Part shown: one piece after another, positions 30,291-38,181 of the stretch | Numbering within the stretch: position 1 is the first letter of the stretch | Layout of the letters: each line of letters opens with the position of its first letter | IMG/VR virus record: IMGVR_UViG_3300032373_000671 | Span: 1 to 45,628 of that record | DNA length: 45,628 nucleotides | DNA from: a virus | Taxonomy: Duplodnaviria > Caudoviricetes | Reading direction: 5' to 3' (one strand) | Program-made: the position numbers and the translations under genes | Notes under the pieces: generated by a model | Told to the model about the DNA's origin: nothing | Seen by the model: only the letters and a program-made list of their open reading frames with translations | Database searches by the model: none

Positions 30291-30460
30291 TAAACCACCA
30301 CATCCGCATAACTATCACCCTCGTCAATACGCTGAATTGTCTGTTTGCTAACATCGAACGACCGCGCAAGCACTCTCATTTTCATGAAAGGCCTGACCAT
30401 TTTTATCCATGCAACGTGTTTTTCGGGTAGTGCGCGGAATGGATGCGGTGCACGGATCAT
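30290..30460 (-). CDS. 56-aa HTH protein (not in ORF track)
   Basis: MIRAPH...LARSFDVSKQTIQRIDEGDSY; overlaps both neighbouring start/stop codons. Confidence 0.65.
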   Translation of the reverse strand: MIRAPHPFRALPEKHVAWIKMVRPFMKMRVLARSFDVSKQTIQRIDEGDSYADVVV

Positions 30461-30873
30461 GATTGATTCACCCAGTCGGCAATAGGCCCAGTGTCCAGGC
30501 TATCAACCGGCACGATCTCCACCTGAATAGCAGGCAACAGCATCGCCTTAGCAACCACATCAAATGGCTCGATTGAAATGCTTACATCGGTTTCATTCAG
30601 AAATACGCAGCCCCACACCTGAGCATAGTGCGGCTCAATGATCTGGTTTGTTTTGACCTGCAATTTTTCACTCGTGATAAGAGCCGCCAGTGCTTCAGGT
30701 AATTCAGCCCTAAACCCAAACGATATCTTGGTGCAGAACCCGGGCTTTAAAACTAACGTCTCATCAATACACGCTCGCAGCTCGATAGTTGTGCTTTTCG
30801 GGTGTGGATACTTAGGCTCAAGCGCCAATGCTTTCAGGCGATCATCCGTAATCTGAATGGGCAGGTTGATCAT
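30457..30873 (-). CDS. dUTPase-fold protein with degenerate catalytic motifs
   Basis: Colinear with trimeric Dut (D.R, P.Y, LRAC, L.PG, LAA, I.P, VP) but motifs I-V are altered or absent. Confidence 0.75.
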   Translation of the reverse strand: MINLPIQITDDRLKALALEPKYPHPKSTTIELRACIDETLVLKPGFCTKISFGFRAELPEALAALITSEKLQVKTNQIIEPHYAQVWGCVFLNETDVSISIEPFDVVAKAMLLPAIQVEIVPVDSLDTGPIADWVNQS

Positions 30874-30897
30874 TTCTTTATCCCCTCCTACAAACTG

Positions 30898-30926
30898 AAA
30901 AAGGGACGACCGTTTCCAGTCGCCCC
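30898..30926 (-). terminator. Intrinsic terminator
   Basis: GGGGCGACTG-GAAA-CGGTCGTCCC-TTTTT. Confidence 0.8.
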
Positions 30927-30954
30927 ATCAGGCTTGATATTGCTTCGATTGCCA

Positions 30955-31473
30955 TCAGTGAGTGGTTTTGTCTTCCACCCAATCGGTTTGAATATCTTTT
31001 CCGACTGCCTTCATGACGAGGATCAATGACAGATCCATTCTTTCACGCTTATCAGGGTCTTTCTGCATCAGCTTACGAGAAAACTCGAATGAATCGGTAT
31101 CAACACCTTTCGCTCTCAAAGATTCCATCTGCTCGCGTTTTCTAGCATTAAGTAATGCACGATCCGCCTCAATCTGATCCAGCTCAGTGTTTACATCATT
31201 GATCAGTTTATTGATTTCGTCACAAGGCTTTGGAACGGGTAGCATTTCCATTTGCTCACCATCGCCATCTTCTTCACCGTCATCATCACTGGCCGCTGAT
31301 TTCTTTGAAACACCACCCGTATCAAGTGGACCACCGACACTGCCGTTTAAAACTCCTGGATCCATGTCGCTGCCGATTTCACTCAAAGCCTTTTCAGCGT
31401 CCGCTACATCTTTATCGCTGACGGTTGGCATCTTGGTTACGTTACTGGTTGCTTGTTGTTCTGCCGTGCTCAT
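30955..31473 (-). CDS. GapR/DUF2312-like DNA-binding protein with acidic N-terminal extension
   Basis: C-terminal IEADR..LN....E....LRAKGVD......KL.QKD...R pattern resembles GapR. Confidence 0.65.
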   Translation of the reverse strand: MSTAEQQATSNVTKMPTVSDKDVADAEKALSEIGSDMDPGVLNGSVGGPLDTGGVSKKSAASDDDGEEDGDGEQMEMLPVPKPCDEINKLINDVNTELDQIEADRALLNARKREQMESLRAKGVDTDSFEFSRKLMQKDPDKRERMDLSLILVMKAVGKDIQTDWVEDKTTH

Positions 31474-31997
31474 GCTTCTTCTCCTGTGGTTAATAATAAA
31501 AACTCTGCTTTACTGGTTATTTGAGATGGAATAACACCGGGTATTTTATTGATCCGAAGGAAGATCCCCGCGTTTTTCCCGTACTGCTTCACTTCTGATG
31601 ATCGGGTGACATATGAATCATCCTGCCAACCGAGATCATTGACCGCGTCCTTGATTGCTTTGATTACATTATCTAGGTCCGGTTTCGCCGTTGGAACGAT
31701 AACGCCCTCTAGTGCTGCTTCACGCTTCCATTTAGGCCATGAAACCGGCACTTCAAAGACAATGACAGCTGAAAGAGCTATTGCACCCATGATTGGTCCA
31801 CCACCTTGGAACGAAGACTTTATGTACCACTTGGCTGCTTTCTCCCACTCGCGGGTAGTCTTTGGCGTGAATGGATGACCTTGAATCACGTAGGGCTTGC
31901 CAGCACGATCAAACCCAAGTTTTGCCTGAGAGGTACGATGCCGACCTTTTGCTACTGGTTTGCCGGGTATGGTGACTGTGATTTCTGACTGAGACAT
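31470..31997 (-). CDS. rusA: RusA-family Holliday junction resolvase
   Basis: IPG.PV.KGR.R, KPDLDN..KA..DA.N and W.DD motifs. Confidence 0.9.
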   Translation of the reverse strand: MSQSEITVTIPGKPVAKGRHRTSQAKLGFDRAGKPYVIQGHPFTPKTTREWEKAAKWYIKSSFQGGGPIMGAIALSAVIVFEVPVSWPKWKREAALEGVIVPTAKPDLDNVIKAIKDAVNDLGWQDDSYVTRSSEVKQYGKNAGIFLRINKIPGVIPSQITSKAEFLLLTTGEEA

Positions 31998-32000
31998 GAT

Positions 32001-32228
32001 TTAAGCCACCATCTCCAGATCTTGAATAATGTCGCAGTGCTTAGCTTTCTTGTCATAAACCCCAAGCAGTGATTCCGGGTACAACTCAACCACTCGGTTA
32101 AACATTCGCCCATTCAGCGGGTAGACGTTGTAGCTTCCGCCGATATAAAAAACAGCGCGAGGGATGTCTTGGTACGATGTTTTGACCAGCTTCACCACTT
32201 CTTCCAGTTTTAAATTAACCGTTCTCAT
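32001..32228 (-). CDS. Hypothetical protein
   Basis: GAGG RBS; in operon. Confidence 0.7.
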   Translation of the reverse strand: MRTVNLKLEEVVKLVKTSYQDIPRAVFYIGGSYNVYPLNGRMFNRVVELYPESLLGVYDKKAKHCDIIQDLEMVA

Positions 32229-32256
32229 GCTTGCCTCGATTGCTCCACGTGAAACA

Positions 32257-32493
32257 CTAGAACCTTAATTTTCCACCAGACTTCATTGCCGCTAGATTCA
32301 GCTGCTTGAAGTGATCTAAAACTAGGCCGCCATAAATACTTGGTTTGATGCTCCGCCCTAACCGCCCCTCTGATGCTTTGCGCGATAGCTTGCTTGCGCT
32401 GGCTTTACGGACTGGGTTGTTTTTCTCCCAACGCTTCAACGCTCGTCTGTACGAAAAATTAAAACTAAAATCTTCTCTTCTTGGTCTGGGCAT
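32257..32493 (-). CDS. Hypothetical basic protein
   Basis: GAGGA RBS; abuts upstream gene. Confidence 0.65.
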   Translation of the reverse strand: MPRPRREDFSFNFSYRRALKRWEKNNPVRKASASKLSRKASEGRLGRSIKPSIYGGLVLDHFKQLNLAAMKSGGKLRF

Positions 32494-32979
32494 TTAACTG
32501 TCCTCGGTTGCTGGTTTATTTGACAAAACTGCTCTCATGTTTGCGATATGTTCCCGTCTGCGCTCAATCGATACCGGCTGAGATTGACGCGTCAAAAGTA
32601 ACTGACTGCTTTTCGCTTCTTGGCGACGCACTCGAAGGTTGCTGCAGATCCTTCGGAATTCAGGCAGTGTTGGAGGAAAGCTGGTGTGGTGCTTTTTCAT
32701 AATCTCAAACGCAGCCAATATCTGAGGCTCAGAAAAACTTCTGAGTTCAAATCGCCATTCTGCCTTGGCAGCGTTCAGCATGCGGTTTTCAACATCGCCC
32801 TTGAACAGAGATGACCACTTGTGCCCGTAATTACTCTGCATTCTGACGAACAATTGAGCGGTGAATTTCTGCCGCTGCTTGTTCTTGGGATCATCTGCAT
32901 TATTTTCACTCGAAGGCCTCACTGAGTCCGCCTGCAAGGCTTGCTGCACCTGATTGGCTATTTCGTGAGCTGGGCGCAT
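32494..32979 (-). CDS. Replication protein P-like (helicase loader)
   Basis: LF.RM...YG.KW, EW...L and FPPTLPEF..IC motifs; follows the initiator. Confidence 0.7.
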   Translation of the reverse strand: MRPAHEIANQVQQALQADSVRPSSENNADDPKNKQRQKFTAQLFVRMQSNYGHKWSSLFKGDVENRMLNAAKAEWRFELRSFSEPQILAAFEIMKKHHTSFPPTLPEFRRICSNLRVRRQEAKSSQLLLTRQSQPVSIERRREHIANMRAVLSNKPATEDS

Positions 32980-33679
32980 TTGATTTCTCCTGAGTGTTTT
33001 TCATGTCGTACTGCTTTTGCCTGACCATCCACGCCAAAAACTTTTCTTGCCAACCGTCGCTGGTAAAAGTTTCTCGTTTTGCTCGGTAGTGACTGGTGAA
33101 TGCGATGATGTCATCGTGCGTGTGAGGCCGGCAGCCAGCAAGGTGAGCTTTTGTTTTTATCTGCTCGCTTGGCTGGAAGTCTTCGGGGCACGTGATGATT
33201 AATGTCTTTTCCATCTCGAGTGAGAGAGAGGGTTCTTTTTCCTTTCCCTTCCCTTCCTTTCCCTTCCCTTCCCCTTGTGCATGCACTTCACGCGTGATCG
33301 TCGCGTGATCGTCGCGTGGCTCACGCGTCAACTTATTGTTTTCATTTGGTTCTGGTAGGGCGCTACCTCTTTCTCGGTTATTTATGACCTGATGGTCTAA
33401 AAACCCCGGAATCCAGCCATAATCGACGCCTTCAACCGTGTATTTTTCAATGAAACCACGCGTGGCTAACGCGTCAAGCACGCGTGAAAAATCAAGATCA
33501 TCGTATGGAAGTGATCCAAGTTTCAGTTGTTGTGGTACCCACTTAAAGCGGCCTTCCCTATCGGCTTGAATCCATAGCCCAGGAAATGCAATGCGAAGCG
33601 GAAGACCCGTTTCTGTCTCAGCTAAGTACAACTCATAGTGAGTAAACAACTCAGGCTTTATTGTGCGTATTCTTGCCAC
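32906..33679 (-). CDS. Phage replication initiator (replisome organizer)
   Basis: MARIRTIKPE, ADREGR and F.DHQ.IN motifs; internal iterons. Confidence 0.85.
   Translation of the reverse strand: MARIRTIKPELFTHYELYLAETETGLPLRIAFPGLWIQADREGRFKWVPQQLKLGSLPYDDLDFSRVLDALATRGFIEKYTVEGVDYGWIPGFLDHQVINNRERGSALPEPNENNKLTREPRDDHATITREVHAQGEGKGKEGKGKEKEPSLSLEMEKTLIITCPEDFQPSEQIKTKAHLAGCRPHTHDDIIAFTSHYRAKRETFTSDGWQEKFLAWMVRQKQYDMKNTQEKSNAPSSRNSQSGAASLAGGLSEAFE
33289..33330. repeat. Putative origin iterons
   Basis: Tandem ~11-bp CGCGTGATCGT-like units inside the initiator gene, next to a polypyrimidine tract (33233-33276). Confidence 0.65.
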
Positions 33680-33692
33680 GGTCTAATTCGCC

Positions 33693-33818
33693 TTATTTGA
33701 TCAGATATAAAGCGATCAGCAATATCACTGAAATCATCAGCACAAAGAGGAAGCCCGTCGGTGTATCTCCGAATATTGGGGTTCTTGAGCTGGCCTTACG
33801 GCGTCTATCAACAATCAT
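33693..33818 (-). CDS. 41-aa single-TM protein (not in ORF track)
   Basis: MIVDRRRK...GFLFVLMISVILLIALYLIK; GGAG RBS. Confidence 0.6.
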   Translation of the reverse strand: MIVDRRRKASSRTPIFGDTPTGFLFVLMISVILLIALYLIK

Positions 33819-33820
33819 GG

Positions 33821-34291
33821 TTAGCTCTCCATTTGCAGTGTGTTTTTAAGAACTGATATCGCATGCTCTGCTTCTGCAATTTCAATTCGAATGCGATGCT
33901 TTTCTTTTGAATCAAGGACACCATCATTTTTCTTAAACTCATCAACAAGGCGAGCAACATCTGATACTTCCGTGAATGCGTTCACAATCGCGGATGAAAT
34001 AGAATCGTGCGTCTCTGATGTTTTTGTCTTGAAGGTGCCGCCGTTCATTTGGCAAATGATGTCAACAGCGGTTTTATCTTTGATATCGCACAGCACCCGC
34101 AGAAATAATGGTGATGATGGGTAATGCGTTATATCTTGCGGGTCTAGGTAATTAAGAAGCGTCTTAGGCTTCATAACATAGCGCCTTGCCAGCTCCGTAA
34201 CGCCGCCACCCGGTACTGCTTTCGCGCCTGCATGTAGCGCCGTAAAGAGGTCATCTACATCTGGTACGTGGTGATCCCTGTTGCCTTCCAC
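33821..34291 (-). CDS. CII-like regulatory protein
   Basis: PGGG..ELA....M...TL.N.L.P and DGV.D..E motifs; downstream of cro. Confidence 0.75.
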   Translation of the reverse strand: MEGNRDHHVPDVDDLFTALHAGAKAVPGGGVTELARRYVMKPKTLLNYLDPQDITHYPSSPLFLRVLCDIKDKTAVDIICQMNGGTFKTKTSETHDSISSAIVNAFTEVSDVARLVDEFKKNDGVLDSKEKHRIRIEIAEAEHAISVLKNTLQMES

Positions 34292-34352
34292 TGCCCTTCT
34301 CCCTTTGTTTGCTTAAGCTGTAAGCATGAAAATAATCACGCTGCTCATTACT

Positions 34353-34420
34353 AAAATAAAAAAACACCCGTCAGAATGGTGTGGCCTGGGTTTGGTTGCC
34401 ACGAGAGGCTTTGACGGGTG
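34353..34420 (-). terminator. tR1-like terminator with internal hairpin
   Basis: CACCCGTCA/TGACGGGTG stem enclosing a GTGGC/GCCAC hairpin, followed by TTTTTTTATTTT. Confidence 0.65.
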
Positions 34421-34433
34421 GGATAGAAAATGG

Positions 34434-34652
34434 TCATGCGACTGATAAAAGCACTGGGAAACCGGGCCTCTTCAGTCGAATGGCAGCGCCAATCACTTGA
34501 TCGGTTGTCTTCTGCGGAAGAATCTCCGGCCACTGGTAAATTGCTTGGCGAGTTACACCAATTGCGCTGGCAAGATTCGCCACTGCCTGCTTTGAGTCGC
34601 CATCATCAAATATCTCGATGGCTCTTTTCTTGGTTATTGTTTTTTCGTCCAT
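34434..34652 (-). CDS. cro: Cro-like repressor
   Basis: LA.AIGVTRQAIYQWPE HTH; divergent from cI. Confidence 0.9.
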   Translation of the reverse strand: MDEKTITKKRAIEIFDDGDSKQAVANLASAIGVTRQAIYQWPEILPQKTTDQVIGAAIRLKRPGFPVLLSVA

Positions 34653-34657
34653 GCCTT

Positions 34658-34722
34658 AGTGTAAGCAGGTTTACCCGATAATGTCAATCTGCTTACTACC
34701 TAATGACTGTAAACTTACTTAC
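34658..34722. promoter_or_regulatory. OR region: three 14-bp operators with PR and PRM
   Basis: GTAAGCAGGTTTAC (34661), GTCAATCTGCTTAC (34683), GTAAACTTACTTAC (34709). Minus strand TTGACA-18-TACACT; plus strand TAAACT before the cI ATG. Confidence 0.85.
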
Positions 34723-35172
34723 ATGGAGTTAAGAGACAGAATTATTCAGATCCTTTCCGATCTAGGCGTCACGCCGCAGGTTTTTGCTGATCGCATAGGC
34801 GTCAGCCGACCAACTGTTGTGATGTGGAAAAATGGGGATACCCGCGCAATAAAATCAGAGCATGCATTTTCTATTGAGGATGCATATGGTTATTCGGCTC
34901 GATGGGTTGCTCATGGAAAAGGGGAGAAGTTGTTTTGCGATGCGCACCAGACAATCAACAGAGATCCGCTATCGCTCGCCCTGGCCGATAGAATCATTGC
35001 CCTACCAAAGCCACTGAGGCATGCCGTTGTGGCTATCATTGAAGCTCAAGAGGTCGCTGCCGACGAGCTGAATATGTCACCAGGCTTAAGAAAAGCCCTT
35101 GAAGACGTAGAAAGCATCGCCGATCAAGTGGCAATTACCGCTTCTGCCAAAAGTAAAAGTCAAAAAAAATAG
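34723..35172 (+). CDS. cI: CI-like XRE repressor without S24 peptidase domain
   Basis: FADRIGVSRPTV..W..G...I and Y.ARW...G.G motifs; start at ATG 34723 just after the third operator. Confidence 0.88.
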   Translation: MELRDRIIQILSDLGVTPQVFADRIGVSRPTVVMWKNGDTRAIKSEHAFSIEDAYGYSARWVAHGKGEKLFCDAHQTINRDPLSLALADRIIALPKPLRHAVVAIIEAQEVAADELNMSPGLRKALEDVESIADQVAITASAKSKSQKK

Positions 35173-35348
35173 CCGCCCGGTGATATTTATCACATACATC
35201 TAGCAGGTCAATCGAGTAAGGTCGTTTTTCGCACCACTGCCATCACGCAGTGATTGCCGTGAAGCCGTTACGCTCACAACTCTTCCACCATTATGTGGTC
35301 AACAATTCGTTTTTAATCATATTGTTATCCACTTTTTGGGGAGTTAGC

Positions 35349-35585
35349 ATGGGCCAGTCCACGCCTTTTGGGTTGTATTCAAAAATCAATATCGATTCCT
35401 TCGAGCACGTTTGCAGGCGCTACGGAATCACAGATAATCAGGAGAAAATAAAGCTAATACGATCTATTAATGATGTATTTGAACATCGTGAATCACTGTT
35501 GATTCCACCGGAAAGTGCCGCTACAGCTAGCATAAGGGTGCTGAAAAGGAATCCATACGATGATAACCATACTAATAGTAGATGA
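35349..35585 (+). CDS. Hypothetical protein
   Basis: GGGAG RBS; overlaps start of the response regulator. Confidence 0.55.
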   Translation: MGQSTPFGLYSKINIDSFEHVCRRYGITDNQEKIKLIRSINDVFEHRESLLIPPESAATASIRVLKRNPYDDNHTNSR

Positions 35586-36093
35586 TGAGCAGGCGATACG
35601 TGATCAGATCCGCCTTCTACTCTCGCCAAATAATTATGAAATATTTGATGTCAGCTCGGGAGAAGCTGCGCTGAATCTAATTAAATCCCAGCACGTTGAT
35701 TTGGTCATTCTCGACCAGCTCATGCCAGGCATCAGCGGCACGGAAGTCGCTATTAAACTAAAAAAACGAGAAATCAATTTTATTTTTTGCAGCAGCAGTA
35801 CTGAAATAGAGTTGTTAAAGCTCGCTATGTCCCTTGGTGCCCTCAACTACATCGTTAAGCCATTCATCCAGCCTGAAGCTCTGAATGTGATTGAGGGGGC
35901 CATCGAGCGTATCGCAGAAGACGAGAAAAACGCCGACATCAAAGAGGCAATCACCTTTCTAATGGGATTTCACGGCCTATCGAGAAAACCAGCGCGAAGC
36001 AGGCTTGTCAAAATGGCCCGAGATTCAAACACTGAAACATCAGTGGTTTCGCGTCAAATCCTAGATGTAGCTGATCTAATCAATCACCGCTAA
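35560..36093 (+). CDS. Response regulator, REC plus ANTAR-like domain
   Basis: IVDDE, phospho-acceptor ILDQLMP, CSS and YIVKP; C-term IKEA..FLM.FHGLS...A..RL..MARD.N....V...IL. Confidence 0.85.
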   Translation: MITILIVDDEQAIRDQIRLLLSPNNYEIFDVSSGEAALNLIKSQHVDLVILDQLMPGISGTEVAIKLKKREINFIFCSSSTEIELLKLAMSLGALNYIVKPFIQPEALNVIEGAIERIAEDEKNADIKEAITFLMGFHGLSRKPARSRLVKMARDSNTETSVVSRQILDVADLINHR

Positions 36094-36683
36094 AATCGTG
36101 CAATCAGCCCGAAATTTAAAAAATTTATACCTTCAGAGATGTCGTGTATTTCATATTCGGCACGGATTGAATATTTTTCGTTAAGCGCTAGTTGGGCACC
36201 AATACCATAAAACAAATCCACCCCGTCATCATTAACGACGCCGCCAGAAGTCCCAGAGGAAACCACCTCAGTATCCCATGCGTTCAACCCTACCCGCGCC
36301 AGCAATGAGAGCTTCCGAGTTACATCGCGCGAGAACACGCCGCTCACAGATAGTGCCGTTGCATCCAATAAAAACACGGCATTCCTGAGAAAAACAAACG
36401 TGCCCCCGTCTGTTGTGAATAAGTCGCCAGTCCTGCCTACCAGTGATGACTGACCGAAATCATAATAAGCAACCTCAACTGCCACAGCCTTCTGAGCCTG
36501 AATCCCATAAAGCAGCTTAAACCCACCGCTTGACTCATCGAGAGCGGCGTCCGACGTTGTCACGCCCGTATTGAAGTCGGTTGACCCAAGGCTTCCGCCA
36601 AAGTAATCGCCGCCCTGCTCTGCATTAGCAGAAAACCACGCGGTAAACCCTACCGCTATCAATAATATTTTTATAGAACGCAT
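36090..36683 (-). CDS. Outer-membrane beta-barrel (OmpA/Ail/Lom-like) moron
   Basis: Signal peptide; KLLYG, AVEVAY.DFG, YGIGAQ and IRAEYE strands; terminal Phe. Confidence 0.88.
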   Translation of the reverse strand: MRSIKILLIAVGFTAWFSANAEQGGDYFGGSLGSTDFNTGVTTSDAALDESSGGFKLLYGIQAQKAVAVEVAYYDFGQSSLVGRTGDLFTTDGGTFVFLRNAVFLLDATALSVSGVFSRDVTRKLSLLARVGLNAWDTEVVSSGTSGGVVNDDGVDLFYGIGAQLALNEKYSIRAEYEIHDISEGINFLNFGLIARF

Positions 36684-36727
36684 TGGTTTTTTCCTTATAT
36701 CCGAAGGCAACTATACAGCCTCAAGAT

Positions 36728-36766
36728 GTAAGCGCATTGACTTATCACTGTAAGTATGTTTACATA
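36728..36766 (+). promoter_or_regulatory. OL region: two operators and PL-like promoter
   Basis: GTAAGCGCATTGAC (36728) and GTAAGTATGTTTAC (36750) with the same 22-bp spacing as at OR; TTGACT -35, -10 unclear. Confidence 0.8.
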
Positions 36767-36894
36767 CAACTCAAGGCCACTTACACCACCCTAACGGGTC
36801 AGGAAACAAGGTTGGGCGATCATGCCGAGTAATCGCCAGTGTAAGACAGAAGGTATCAGCCATCAAAGGCAAGCCGGATGTGGGTTGAAGTAAT

Positions 36895-37049
36895 GGGGAT
36901 GTGGCGGAATTGGTAGACGCTGATAACGGGTCACTCTAAGTAAGCGAGCATCACCAGCTAAGTAGTGTCTTATGCCTTCGGGTACTGGGGTGTATTAGGT
37001 GGATATGAACAAGGCTTACGTGCAGGTTCGATTCCTGCCATCCCCGCCA
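36895..37049 (+). ncRNA. tRNA-like RNA with ~100-nt insertion replacing anticodon/variable arms
   Basis: Acceptor GGGGATG/CATCCCC + G + CCA; Leu-type D region GGCGGAATTGGTAGACGC; T arm GCAGG-TTCGATT-CCTGC. Confidence 0.8.
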
Positions 37050-37085
37050 ATTTTATAAGTAGCAGCTCAAGACAAGGAGATTGAT

Positions 37086-37214
37086 TTGGACAACTTAAAC
37101 GACACGATCATTGATATCGCACTGTTTCAGAACCGTAAAACGCCAGAGCAGAAGGTCTATGTGCCTGATGTGCTTGAAATGACAGAAGACGATTTGCCAC
37201 CGGCGGCGGCATAA
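37086..37214 (+). CDS. 42-aa hypothetical protein (TTG start, not in ORF track)
   Basis: AAGGAG RBS; MDNLNDTIID...LPPAAA. Confidence 0.55.
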   Translation: MDNLNDTIIDIALFQNRKTPEQKVYVPDVLEMTEDDLPPAAA

Positions 37215-37250
37215 GATTTTAAGAAGCACAATCGGAGAGTAAAAATAACT

Positions 37251-38180
37251 ATGAGTAATCAACAAATGGCAGGCAGTAGAAAATCCCCTATTGCTGAACT
37301 CAGCAGCTTTATGGAAAAGCTGAAACCTCAGCTTGAATTAGCACTACCAAAACACATGACTGCCGATCGGATGGCGAGGCTTGCACTCACTGCGTTCAGC
37401 ACATCACCAAAACTTCAGAAGTGCAGCGTAAACAGTATTGCAGCTTCGCTCATGACAGCGGGACAGTTGGGGTTAGAACCGGGTGTTAATGGCGCAGGCT
37501 ATTTAATCCCTTACAAGACCACATGCACCTTTGTACCTGGCTGGAAAGGGTTGGTTGATCTTGTTGCTCGCAGTGGTCGCGGCACAGTCTATACCGGCGT
37601 CATTTATAAAGATCAAAACTACACCTTCACTGATGGCGCTCGACGCGATTTAGTTATTCACAGTGAAACAGAGCTTGATGACCCGGAAGACATGACGCAT
37701 GCCTATGCTATCGGATGGGTTAAAGGTTCGGCAATGCCAATTATTGAGCTTTGGACAATCGGAAAACTTACCAAGCATCGCAACAAATACAACAAGGTCG
37801 GCAGCAATCATTACAGCTATCGAGACTGGGAAATGTATTGTCGGAAAATCCCATTGCTTCAGGTTCTAAAGTATATGCCCTGCTCTATTGAGGTATCCAA
37901 TGCAATCGCCGTCAGTCATGGAGCTGAAGCCGGACGAAATCCAATCATAGAAGGTGGAATTGTCCTTGATATGGATGGTGATGACGATACGCAAACTGAA
38001 AAAAAGCCTCTTACAGTTTGCACCGATGAGCAATTTGAGGATTTAGCACAAGAGTGTGAGGCGCTTGTACGTTCCGGAAAAAAATCAGCAAAGGATGTCA
38101 TCAGCACTGCGATTACAACAATGCAGTTAAGTGGTGATCAAAAAAATCAAATCGACGCTTGGCAACAGGAGGGTAATTAG
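37251..38180 (+). CDS. recT: RecT-family ssDNA annealing protein
   Basis: ALPKHMT.DRM.R.A, QLGLEP, YLIPY, GWKGLVDL..RSG and KY.P.S.E motifs. Confidence 0.92.
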   Translation: MSNQQMAGSRKSPIAELSSFMEKLKPQLELALPKHMTADRMARLALTAFSTSPKLQKCSVNSIAASLMTAGQLGLEPGVNGAGYLIPYKTTCTFVPGWKGLVDLVARSGRGTVYTGVIYKDQNYTFTDGARRDLVIHSETELDDPEDMTHAYAIGWVKGSAMPIIELWTIGKLTKHRNKYNKVGSNHYSYRDWEMYCRKIPLLQVLKYMPCSIEVSNAIAVSHGAEAGRNPIIEGGIVLDMDGDDDTQTEKKPLTVCTDEQFEDLAQECEALVRSGKKSAKDVISTAITTMQLSGDQKNQIDAWQQEGN

Positions 38181-38181
38181 G

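Noticed and set aside
36895-37049. tmRNA or intron-containing tRNA-Leu
   Set aside because: No G3-U70 pair or tag frame; insert too short for a group I core; no canonical anticodon arm can be reconstructed.
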